Positions 22,699 to 34,660 of a stretch of 64,000 bases of DNA are shown here, piece by piece. A program made the position numbers and the translations under genes. The notes under the pieces are model-generated. The model did not search any database. It was not told where the DNA came from and saw only the letters and a list, made by a program, of their open reading frames with translations. The stretch spans positions 620,001 to 684,000 of the forward strand of contig NW_025767273.1 of assembly GCF_003918875.1 (NCBI RefSeq), given 5' to 3'. The stretch is from Haliotis rubra. Taxonomy: Eukaryota. Positions within the stretch are counted from its first letter, which is position 1. Each line of letters begins with the position of its first letter.

Positions 22699-22704
22699 AA
22701 TAAA
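22699..22704 (+). promoter_or_regulatory. Candidate polyadenylation signal of the galectin
   Basis: AATAAA about 147 nt after the stop codon, followed by a GT/T-rich tract. Confidence 0.6.
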
Positions 22705-24940
22705 CATTTAGATAAACAGTAATGTAAAATAGATTAACGTGTCCTTCAGTCATGTTCTTGTGTTTCGTTTTTCAAAAGCATTCGGAAAAAAATACAGAAA
22801 CTGTAAATATACGTACATTATTGACAGTGTAATGTCAGTTAAATGACATCTCAGTTGTTGTCGCGGGATCCTTTCGCTCGGACACGGTTTTTATGGGGAT
22901 ATATATTCATGAGACATATTTATCGTAGGTCTCAACCTAGTACAATGCGTCCACGATGTTCCATATTTTAAGTATAGGTGGCGATTTCCTGCTTGCACCG
23001 TTCAGAATAACACGACTTAACCAAAAACATTCATCAAAATCTATAAGTTATCGTACACAAGGACAGTACCTATAACTATGTTTCTTATAACTTGGTGTCA
23101 CGATAGTTTTCTGTAAAACTTTTCACTTTGAGATTCTTTCTTCACTATACAGCTACAGCTTCAGAGAACACACGACCAAAACAACATGCAAATTGACGAA
23201 TAAACATTGAAAGTGAATTTCTGCTTTGTGTCTTATTTACTGTTCACTACTGGGAAAACTATTCAACTATTACCGTTAAATAAAACCTTAAGACAACGTA
23301 AAATACGTTAGCATCAAATAACTTGTGGCGACGTAAAAATGACGTATCAAAGTCAGGCCACAACGTTGTGACAATGTAAATGGGAGTCTACAGAATGACG
23401 TAACAACGAAAGCATATATAACGTTGTATCCATTACTGTAATATGATTTGCTGTCTGAAGACACGTGCTTAGTTTTGACCAATCAAGATCCTTATAGCAG
23501 ACTTTGGTAAAAATAGCGTCATTGGAAACCAATCTTTATCCAATAAAATAGTTTGTTACCACTGCGAAAACACTCCTGGCAAAGCTATGGTGATATTATT
23601 GATGTTCAGAGCTTTCGAACAAAACAAAGTCAAACGAACCTTCTCGCTTGTTATTCATACAAAGCTTCGAAAGCGGAGGTACTACCCGGTGTTGTGTGAT
23701 GTTACCGAGCGGATAGCACTTGTATTGGGACTTAGGAGACCATACATAACAGTAAAAAAATTATAATAATTTTCCGATTAAGTAAAAATTGAAATATATA
23801 AGAAAGGGGTAAGAGGATACGATGACATCTTACAAATGAAAAAAAAAAGAAACCATAGTTACCAGACACTTATATTCTACCACTGACTTACCTAGTTATC
23901 TTTGCTTATCTCGCTTTAGGTCATGCGTGATATTTTAGCGTAGAATTTCTGGTCATGTCAGTTTACTGGATGTAAATCAGATTTGTATTTAATGTTATCT
24001 TTAACAAAGGGCTTTGAGTCATTGTCGTGTTCACGAGAGACGAAGTCACAGTCAGTTGCACATTTATAGCTTTCACAAGCAATATTAATGAATTTATGCG
24101 TGTTTTCCATAATGTTATGAAATAATTCTAATAAAATCACATTATTTTTGTGATACAGTCATCTGAACTGGATTTTCTTCATAAGTGTCATGAAGTTCTG
24201 ATTTATAGTGTAAATCGATATTACCTAGTTGGACAATGTACAAGAATGTTACTGTGTTATTCTCTGTAAAAGAACGTTACATTGACCATACAGCACGCAC
24301 CAGATCCATATCTTTCTTCTTAAATACTCCTATGTTGATTTTTTTTTTTTCAAAGATTTGAAAGATTATGTTTTTAGCTTAGTACAGTTTTATTTATTGT
24401 ATGGTTCTATTTACAACCTCCCTCGAGTCACGTTCTCCACCCACATGAAGCTACAAAGTGTAAAATAAAATTAAGTTACAAGTGCAACAGGGTGGAAAAT
24501 ATTGTATTTATTTTGGTATTGTTTGGTGCTAGGTTTCAATTATTAACTTTAAAATATTGTTAATTCCATAACGAGGTAGGGACCCTCAGTACAACTCATT
24601 TGGAGCCTCGCCACCTATGCAAGGATAGCTAACCCTTCATATTTTCTACCAGCTGTGACATGTTCTAGAATTCAGTGGTTAACACCGTCTGGCTTGGACA
24701 CAAAAAAAGAACTCTGCCCTACGGCTGGACCTTGTGTCATATCTGGGACTAGCCCGTCTACACATGTAGTGGAATAACTGTTACAAAATTGTTACATTAG
24801 GTATTGTCGGAGTTGTTTCGTGGCAGTTCGTTTCTATTCCGTAGATGCACCAATCTAACATGGTAGCTTTGTCATGGTGTCCCACGTGGACGACTGGCCG
24901 ATGTCAAGTAAGGATGGTTGCCCGTAGTCATATGTTATCA

Positions 24941-25280
24941 GGGGCGGTGGGGTAGCCTAGTGGTTAAGGCGTTCGCTCGTCACCCTGAAGACCCGGGTTC
25001 GGTTCCCCACATGGGCACATAGTGTGAAGTGGATGAGTGAGTGAGTGAGTTTAGTTCTACGAAGCACTCAGCACTGTTCAAGCTATATGGCGACGGTCTG
25101 TAAATAATCGCGTCTGGACCAGACAATTCAGTGATCAACAGCACGAGCATCGATCTGCACAATTGTGATACGTCGACATGTGTCAACCAAGTCAGAGAGT
25201 CTAACCACCCGATCCCGTTTGTCACCTCTTACGACAAGCATGAATTACTTAAGATCAATTCTAACCCGGATCTCACCGGT
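24941..25280. mobile_element. Partial family A SINE (+) abutting a family B element (-)
   Basis: tRNA-like head at 24941-25030, then a family B reverse copy at about 25035-25280. Confidence 0.8.
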
Positions 25281-26059
25281 TAGATAGCAGTATTGTCTTG
25301 AATAGGTTTAATCCAATATAGACAAAGTCATGTTTTAAATGGATAACCATAACTATTCATTATCATCCTCAGTCATTTGCGTTCAGGAGTGAGACAGAGT
25401 AGACAAATACCAAGAATTTGTTAGTTACTTTAATTCAAACCCCTTGTCAGACCATTTCACCAGCTGTTGTTTTGAGAACTTGTGGGCTATCATTACTGAT
25501 TAGCAAAGGGAGACAAGCACTTGACATTTTGAGGTTTTAAAGTACACACAAAATCACATATTGAGAATATTACCAATCGAATAGGATGTTTTGGAACCAA
25601 GTTCATTATATTCTCCAGAAACACACATACTTCCACGTCCTATCTGTTGACTGAGCGGGATAGTAGTCTTTGGATTAGGATTTGGATGCAAAGGAAGTTT
25701 GAGAGATGTCTGCATCTCGGGTGATGGTGACTGATACAAAACTAGACAAAATCGTTCTTGTTTTTATGTGTCGAATAAATGTATAGATTGTTAATGATAC
25801 ATGTTTGTGGAAATCTCTATTTTTCTGAACGAAATATGTAAACCGTACCTAATACTCTGGCCTGGCTTAGAAGTTAGCACATTAAGACACTGTTGAGCCA
25901 TACAGTCTGCTCGGCTGTCAGATTTAACAAGTAGTCGGGTCTAAAATGTTAAGTCGTCTACCTCATGTCAAATGTTCATTCAAAATAAGTCTGTTCATAT
26001 TAGCAAAATCAGTTATGTGACAAGTGAGTGACAAGTTTATTCTGTGATAAGGCCTCATG

Positions 26060-28188
26060 GTCAAAAGCACATGAAAATACATTTCAATATCATACGCTTG
26101 ACAGCTGAAGTTGGCAGATTTCGTTTCAAGTTATATGGACAGATGTTTTATGTGTTCGGGATTATTAGACGTTAACAGTTGATACAATTTTACCCTTGTA
26201 GGACACGTGAAATAATATTGAGAGATAGGTGGCTCTCTTAGATGCATATAATATGGACAAACTAATACAAAGTGATGCTCATCTTCTACAACACCCATAG
26301 TACAATTAGAGCATAAAAGTTGGTCGGTATCAATATTATTATCGTACCTTAATTTACAAATCTTTAATTTGTGTGTCTGGAATCTAAATTTACAAAATAT
26401 TCGTAATAAATCTTTATGACTAAACAGTTCTACAACATATCGTTCAGTGTCTAACAAAGATTTAAAGCTAGTATAAAAGGGGAAATCACTTCTTCCCGAT
26501 AGTCTACTATGCCAATCCTGGAACTGTATATCCTTACAGCGTGTCGAAAAGGTATGCATAAATATATCATAATTGCCAAAATCCTGTGATATCCAAACAT
26601 AAGAAAAGCCCATTGAGAACAATAACATACAAACCCCTGTTACTCACTTTACTGTACCATTACTAGCATACAACATTTCGAAGCACGCTTAGGATTACGA
26701 CCTGGTTGCATACAAAGGAGCCTACACCAATACCCGACACAGCGACTGAAATAATTTACACAAACTGGATACCTCCCAACATCGCCCAATACAACATGAG
26801 TTCGAGTCAATTTAGAAATATTGAAACACCTTTTAAAAATAATCTTTGGACTTTCTCAATATCTCCTCTATAAGTGAAACCCCATATTTCCGAACCATAT
26901 AATATTATAGGCATTATTTTGGTATCAAATATTTTCTGGACTACAACATATGGGAGTGGAGGATAAACTTTAAATAATTTATAAACTGGGAACAAAGCCT
27001 TCCTAGCTTGAACTGAAAGAGTTTCACAAGCTTTAGACGAAACTAATCTTGAGGAAAATACAATACCAAGATATTTGTAGTAGGTGACTATTATAACCTC
27101 TATATCCGAATAATACCACTTCTCTACGCTCTTTAAGCACCCTCCATTTCGAAAAACTATTATATTTGATTTATCTAAGTTAACCTCACTTCAAACAATA
27201 ATTATGTAAGAAATCTATTTTTTGTTGTAACCCATTAACTGAATCGTCTACCAACACTACGTCATCAGCAAACAACAAGAAGAGAATATTTTCTATTTCT
27301 TCAATGACAAAAATACCTCTTAAACTACTATTTCTAAATTCTATAGCCAACTCGTTAATGAATAGAGTGAATAAAACAGGGCTTAACATACAGCCTTGAC
27401 GAACGCCGCATGATGTTGAAAACGATTAAGTTTTACACCTATTCATTACTATACATGCCTTGACTTTACCATACATATCTTGCAGGAGATTATACATTTT
27501 ACCAACAACACCCTTATTATGTAATACATACAATAACTTCTGCCGGTCTGCAAAATCAAACGCCTTACGAAAATCTATGAAGGTGGCATAAACCCGATGT
27601 CTTGACTTTCGAAGATATTTTTGACACAAAGATTGTAGTACAAAAATATTATCTACAGTGGAATATTTACTCCTGAAGCCAGCCTGAGACTCATGAATGA
27701 TAAAATTAGTATCTGTCCAAATTCTTAACCTTGACTCCAAAATAGATGTAAAAACCTTGCCCAAAATGTTCAGAAGAGAAATACCTCGATAGTTATTTGG
27801 ATCTGAAATGTCCCCCTTCTTAAAGAGCGGTAGAATCATACCAATACTCCACGAATCCGGGAACTGCCCTTTTATCTAAAATTGAAATAAATAAAATTTC
27901 TAAATAAGGAGTGACACAAAGCCCCCTTTTAAAGAGCTCAGAGGGTATCCCGTCTTGACCTGGCGCTTTACCCAACTTCAAAGAATTAATTGCCTTCCTT
28001 ATTTCACCTTGTGTATAGCGATCTGACAAAATGCAAGAGTTATTACAATCAATACATTCGACAGAATCATGGCGGGTAGTGAAATCAATCACACAATCTG
28101 TAAATTCAGAAGTAACATTCTCAAGTTGAGGATTTAACAAATCTTCGAAATAAGCAAACCAAGATTCAGTTATCTCCCCTTGTAACAC
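26060..28188 (-). mobile_element. 5'-truncated, frameshifted LINE ORF2 (CR1/L2/RTE-X-like)
   Basis: KAPGQDGI, PNNYRGISLL, QAGFRSKYSTVDNIF, FIDFRKAFD, GVRQGCMLSP, LFADD, LYGSEIWG and a C-terminal C..C..EDEHHF..C. Confidence 0.9.
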
Positions 28189-28369
28189 TGACCGCAGCTG
28201 GCAAAAGCGGGCTCACAAGTTCCGGAAACAGAGCTGGGTTAATGGGTCTTGATCTATGAATTGTGTTTTTTTGCACATATACTTAACCTTGTATTACAAA
28301 TTCAAGACGAGGGCATGTCACTCTAACGGACTGAACGTTTCTGGAAAGGCGTTAAGTCAAGAGCCAACT

Positions 28370-28620
28370 GCGACCTCCGGGTCTTACGATTACCTTTGCG
28401 CTACGATCGTTTAGTGGAACGTGGACTAGGATCGCGTTTCACAAAGCGACCGTAGCGCCAAGACGATCGTTACTTCGATACTTTAACGTAGACTTACGAC
28501 AGTCGTAACGCTACACAGTTCTGTGCCCCGTCCCACAAAGCAATCTCAGCGTTACGAATACCGTAGACAATGCTAAAGTATGGAGGTTACGATCACCTCA
28601 GCGGTACAATCGCGGGGCCA
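28370..28620. mobile_element. Cluster of palindromic MITE remnants
   Basis: Repeated cacaaagcga..tagcg..acgatcgt motifs in both orientations. Confidence 0.4.
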
Positions 28621-29041
28621 TGAAGGTACAACAAACATTTACAACAGTTTTAAAAGCAAACATATATTCTTAGCTAAGATGTGTTCAGCTACAAGATACA
28701 GAAAATTATCATATGCACCAGCCGAAGAGTAGATCACACTTTTACGCTTTATTCGAAAGTTTCAATAATGATTATAATAACAACTCGCATTTCCTGAAAA
28801 CATTGTTGAGAAAGCCTCTAATAACTAAAAAAAGTGTAGAGAAGACACGTACAGACATTACTATCTAACGCTCCTGTTCTTTACTAAAAACATATACAAC
28901 ACAACACTACTAACAACACATCAAGTAAAAACGGAAAAAGAAATACTGATTAAAGCATTATCAGGACGTTTCGTTTATCAGGGTAGTGAACGTACGAGGT
29001 TTGATTGATAAGTTCCGTACAGAAGGAACTGGATCACAGAG

Positions 29042-29288
29042 TGAGTGAGTGAGTTTAGTTTTACGCCACACTCAGCAATATTCCAGCTATATGGCGGCGG
29101 TCTGTAAATAATCGAGTCTGGACCAGACAAGCCAGTGATCAACAGCATGAGCATCGATCTGCGCAATTGGGAACCGATGACATGTGTCAACCAAGTCAGC
29201 GAGTCTGACCACCCGATCCCGTTAGTCGCCTCTTACGACAAGCATGGGTTACTGAAGATCAATTCTAACCCGGATCTTCATGAATGGG
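29042..29288 (-). mobile_element. Full-length non-tRNA SINE-like repeat (family B)
   Basis: About 245 bp with TSD tcacagag and an (ACTC)n tail shared with family A. No A/B boxes are recognisable. Other copies lie near 25035, 41075, 43635, 45412, 47360 and 1037. Confidence 0.85.
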
Positions 29289-29576
29289 TCACAGAGGAAA
29301 CTATGTGGACTTTATATGAAGTCACAGACGAATATATACACACACAGAGAAAAAACAAACAAAAACACTTGTAACATTTGAGAAAATTAGAGTTACTATA
29401 CTAAGCAGGGGCCTGTGACCTTTGGGAAACTTGAGGAGCGCGTAGTGATGATGTGATTAAGGGGCTTAACAATAAAAGTCCGTGAAGAGATAAATACAGC
29501 GTTAGAGAAGCATGCCACCTCCAGAGTTTTTATGGTGTGAAGGAGCGGCGCAAGTAGCTTGAGGAACGGGAATATA

Positions 29577-31123
29577 AACTCATGTCCAAAAGAAACGATA
29601 CCAAATATTTTTTTCAATATTTTTAAATTAATGATACTTTTTTGGAGAAAAAACATATTTCTGTGTATCCCACGTTCCTAACCAAACGTATTCGATCGAA
29701 AAAAACCGGTAACATTTATTCACTTAAGAAGCAATCGCACGAATACTCAAAATGACGTTAAGTCGTGTAGCACGAAATGCACGTGAGGATGAACTGTATA
29801 AAACCACTGGTCCGACACGTTGTGCCCACAGCAGTAAAAAGTACACAAAAGAAATGGCACGTTTGACAGCGATCGAGAGAGAAAGAGCCGTTGGAATGGT
29901 CCGACAGGGAGCATCACACGCCGCTGTAGCAAGAACGTTTGGATGCGCGCGCATAATCGTTACCAGGTTAATGCGACGGTTGCGTCAAACAGGCCGAACA
30001 ACAGACAGGCCGAGAAGCGGGAGACCCCAGGTGACCACGCCTATTCAAGACAACCACATCCGGTTACTTCACCTACGTAACCGCTTCGTTCCTGCGACGT
30101 TAACGGCGGCGACGGGACTGGGACACCGGATCAGTCGACAAACCGTCTACAGGAGACTGCAGGCACATGGTATCCGTGCACGTCGCCCCTACCGCGGAGT
30201 CTACCTGACACGTCAAAACAGAGTCAACCGATTGATATGGGCCAGGCGTGTTCGGCGGTGGCAACGTCGAAACTGGGCACGTGTCTTGTTTTCGGACGAA
30301 AGCCGGTTTTGCCTTTACAAGAACGATGGTCGGCAGCGAGTATACCGAAGAGTTCGCGAACGTTTGGCGCCGAACTGCATCCAGCAAGTCCATGCATTTG
30401 GAGGCGAAGGTGTAATGATGCGGGGAAGTATCTGCGGTGATGTGAAAACGAGGCTCGTCATTATTCGGGGGGAACCTGAATGCACAGCGTTACCAGGATG
30501 AGGTTTTACGACCAGTCGTGCAGCCATTCGCCCAACAGCATCCAGGAGGAATCGTGTTCCACCACGATAACGCTAGGCCTCATACGGCAAGATTGATCCA
30601 GAACTTCCTTGCCAACGCCAACATACAGGTTTTGTCATGGCCAGCGTGTTCACCGGATTTGAATCCCATTGAGCACATATGGGATCACCTCAATCGGAAA
30701 ATCAGAAACGCCCTGCGCCCCCCAGCCAACCTCCAACAATTGGCACATTGTCTCAAGGATGAGTGGCAGCGAATCGCCCCTAACGTCATCCGACGTTTGA
30801 CGTCATCAGCTCGGAGGCGTGTCATGGCATGTATCGCAGCTGCTGGTGGACATACCCGGTACTAAAGTGGCGTTAAGACTGTTTTCAGAGACTACCCTCG
30901 CTAGCCTCCTCCACTGTGCTAAAATGAAATTTCAATTTTGGGCACCACACTTCGTTTAAAGCCCTGTGTTAATGATTGTAAATCTTTGGTTGCCATGACT
31001 TTTTGTACACATGCCGTAACATCATTTATCTAATGAAAGATATCAATTTGAAATGTCTATGTTGTTTTGTTTTCATTTAGTGATCTTTGAAAAACGTGGT
31101 ATCGTTTCTTTTGGACACTAGTT
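29577..31123 (+). mobile_element. Tc1/mariner (DD34E) DNA transposon, near-intact
   Basis: TIRs aact..tgtccaaaagaaacgatacca with a TA duplication. Transposase 29854-30865 has an HTH, RSGRP, VLFSDE, HDNA-34aa-E and SPDLNPIEHIW, with one frameshift near 30470. Confidence 0.95.
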
Positions 31124-31184
31124 TAGATTGGAAGTGGTGAACCAAGTTTCATCCTCAGCTGCACATTATTGCAAGAACAATCCT

Positions 31185-31665
31185 GGATCAGTATCAGGAT
31201 CTGAATCAGCATCAGGATCAGGATCTGAATCAGGATTAGGATCAGGGTCAGAATCAGCATTAGGATCAGGATCAGCATTAGGATCAGGATCTGAATCAAC
31301 ATTAGGATAAGGATCTGAATCAACATTAGCATCAGGGTCAGAATCAGGATCAGAATTAGCATTAGGATCAGGATCTGAATCAGCATTAGCATCAGGATCT
31401 GAATCAGCATTATGATCAGGATCAGAATCAACATTAGGATCAGGGTCAGAATCAGCATTAGGATCAGGATCTGAATCAGCATTAGGATCAGGATCTGAAT
31501 CAACATTATGATCAGGATCAGAATCAACATTAGGATCAGCAACTGAATCAGCATTAGGATCAGGATCAGCATTAGGATCAGGATCTGAATCAGCATTAGG
31601 ATCAGGATCCGAATCAGCATTAGGATCAGGATCCGAATCAGCATTAGGATCAGGATCAGTATCAT
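31185..31665. repeat. Compound hexanucleotide repeat (ATCAGG/ATCAGC/ATTAGG/ATCTGA)
   Basis: Directly visible. It produces the spurious poly-ILM ORF 31123-31665. Confidence 0.95.
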
Positions 31666-31861
31666 GATTCAGATGTGTGTTAGTATGTGCTTGTGTGATG
31701 TGTGTCTTAGAGGCGGTACCTACTCCTCTCTGAGTTGAACGAATACTATTGTAAATCTTTTGAAGAGATTCAAAAGGACATTTCTAAGTATTTGAGTTCA
31801 TAAAATTGGTGTTTCTTGCTAATATGCAGTTCCCGAAAAAGAGAAATCAGAGTCTCATATA

Positions 31862-33898
31862 TACTGAACCACAAAATTAATGTCGCACCCATAGCGGTTT
31901 CTTTAAGCACACACTTTAACACTCTCCTACCCAGAGTTCCATGCGGCAAACCAGCATAGTACCTCTGCCACAGGCCAGAAAAATGTGACGATTCGTCACA
32001 TCTTGCAATGTCCATTCAATATAATGTATAGATTTCTTTTACTCTTTTATTTTTACGAGTCTGAACATCTAACTAAACATTCAATAGAATGGTTTAGTTT
32101 CTCTGAGAAAATATCCAAAAACATGTAACACTATTTAAATTTGCGTAGCGATTCTATGTTTATATAGGTTGTACGGCTCCACGTGCTGTCATCGAAGCTG
32201 ATGGAGAGCAAACGATGCAGCCAGTTTGATATCTAAATATGTACTGTCATAGACCTTACTGTCGTAGTTGTGGAAGAGTATATATGTAACAATGTAAAAC
32301 AATATGAAGAGAGCGCCGAAAAGGTTTCGTGAGTCCAGTCTCTTCTTATTATGAATATGCGCGTTTGTTTACAAACAAGAGAAAGTCCGGTCACGTGATA
32401 TGCAAATTAGCCTGTGGCAGTGATGTTATGTTAGTCATCGCTGTGCCGGAGTGTGACACTTTTACTCACTCTAATTAACAATCAAAACGGGGGATTGAGT
32501 TCAAACTTGACAATTATGGTTAACACATTTTCGGGAATCACATTGAGAGTTCACACAAACAAAATGACCAAAAATGGTACCATTAAGATACCTCAAAGTC
32601 AGTATTGTGTGTGGCCTCAATGGGCATCGATGAAAGCGTTGCATCGTCTATACAGGGAATGAATTAGCCGGTTGATGAAGGCCATAGGCACTTGAGTCCA
32701 TTTTTTTAAATGCCTGATCGAGTCCAGAAGCGGTTGTCGGCCTTGGGTGGAGGTCATTCAGTCTTCTTTGAATCTCGTCCCAAATGTGTTCTATTGGACT
32801 CAAATCAAGACTGAGTGCAGGCTATTGTAGTGTTTGGATGCCATGTTGTCTTAGGAAGTCCAATGTAACTCGGGCAGTGTGGGCCAGTGTGTCTTGCTGG
32901 AAGATGTGATTTCTGTAATGTCCAAAATGTGGTACAACGTGGGGTCTTATGACTTGGTCAATATAGCGAGCAGCTGTCACGTCATTTCCTCATCCTGGAC
33001 CAAGATTCTGAAACACCACGGTGCTAACTATCTGGTTCAGACCGACTGCACCCCACACCATGATGCTTGGACCACCCCATGAGTCTCTTTCAACAATACT
33101 CTATTGGAAAACAGTTCCCCACGCCTTCACCATACTCTCACTCTGCCATCGACAGTATCGGCTTTCATGAGATAAAAGCACAGTTCTCTATTGTCGATAA
33201 CGCAAAATTTGATGCTGAGTTCCCCATTGCAGTCGGTTTTGGTGATGATGAGCGGTGAGGAAAGGACCACGATATGGTCTGTGACAGCACAGGTTTCTCC
33301 CGCGCAAACGTCGACGCACTGTATCGGCATGGGTCTGTTGTGAGTCCAAATGGTCTGGCGTGCTGTTTTCGTCTCTCTGGGAAGCGATCCTGCAGATAGT
33401 GTCGGCCTTGACGTTGTGATGTTACTGAAGGTCGCCCACTGCGTGGACGGTCTTGGATGCTGTTAGTGACCTGATACCGCTCCTGCAGTCGGTAGACTGT
33501 CCTAACATGAACATTAAAATGATTGGCTACCCTCCGTGCAGTCTGCCAACTTGCAATCGTCCTCTGATTTCTCGTAAGTCGTGCCATGGCGATTGTGTCA
33601 AAACAAAAATGATTTCAGGTGAGTTTGGGACTCGCTTTCATTGGTAGGATTGTCACTATATGCACGTGCATTTTCATTTTCACGAATGTCATACGGAACC
33701 TTTTACCACGTCTGTCATTTTAGGCGCGTTTGGTCGATATGCTTTTTCATCAGAAAACACACTGATGTTGGCAACAACTGTCAATTTGGATTGAAAAACA
33801 TGTTAATATAACGATACAATCATAATAAAAACACCATTTTGTATGAACAAAATTTGGCATTTGGTTTTGAAAAGCGACGTTTCTTTTGTGGTTCAGTA
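31862..33898 (-). mobile_element. Degenerate Tc1/mariner transposon
   Basis: TIRs tactgaaccacaaaa....gtcgc with TA. Decayed transposase at about 32590-33587 (MARLT.., DRPRSGRP, ..DLSPIEHIWDEI). Confidence 0.85.
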
Positions 33899-34660
33899 TA
33901 TTAGGAAACGACTCGAGAAGATCTTGATAAAAGACTGCATGGAATCTTTGTTAGTCGAATGACTTGGAAATAACACCAAAATCTGTCGCAAGACGTAACG
34001 AAAGAGAAAAATATGGTCCATGTGATGTATTATCATGTCAGAAATAACCTTCCATTTGGCATGACAGTGTATTTCAACTGCCCTCAAACTCAGAACCTTT
34101 CTGTTAATCTCGACCATGTTGTCCTTTCTCTTTAGCAATATGGCAAACAGAAATGGGCTTTACACACTGCACCCTAGCGGGTGCCTTAACTATACAGCCA
34201 CCCCCAACAGCAGTGAAACCCGTCTCACCTGATCATTAAAATCGAGCCGTTGCGAGTGCATTCTAATCCACAAATTCAAGTGAGTTCAAGGTCATGAACA
34301 ATGCTATAGTTCACATGTATTTCTTTAAATTATAGCATGGCCTGCTTCTGTGTAAATTTTACTTATCCATCGAATGCACCATCAGAACTGAAAATGAATT
34401 CCTAGCTGAGAATCACTTGAAACAACAGACACAGCAGCATGACGGCATCATAAGGACTGAAGTTTGGACTTTGGTTGTCTTCGATATCCCTGGTTAGACC
34501 TGAAGCGTCTCTGTTTGTGTGACCAACGTCTTGCAGGAAGACCACAACAGACACATGGCACATGCAAAACGGTTCACATTGATACATCGCCTTGTACTAT
34601 GTTGTTAGCATGCGATCTCTCAAAGGACTGAATAAACAAGGCGCCTATGTATTGTGTTCT

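Noticed and set aside
28960-28990. Possible minimal hammerhead (ctgataaacgaaacgtc, minus strand); similar degenerate motif near 32305-32355
   Set aside because: The core lacks conserved nucleotides and there are no convincing stems.
31123-31665. Poly-Ile/Leu/Met 180-aa ORF resembling a membrane protein
   Set aside because: Hexanucleotide repeat translation.
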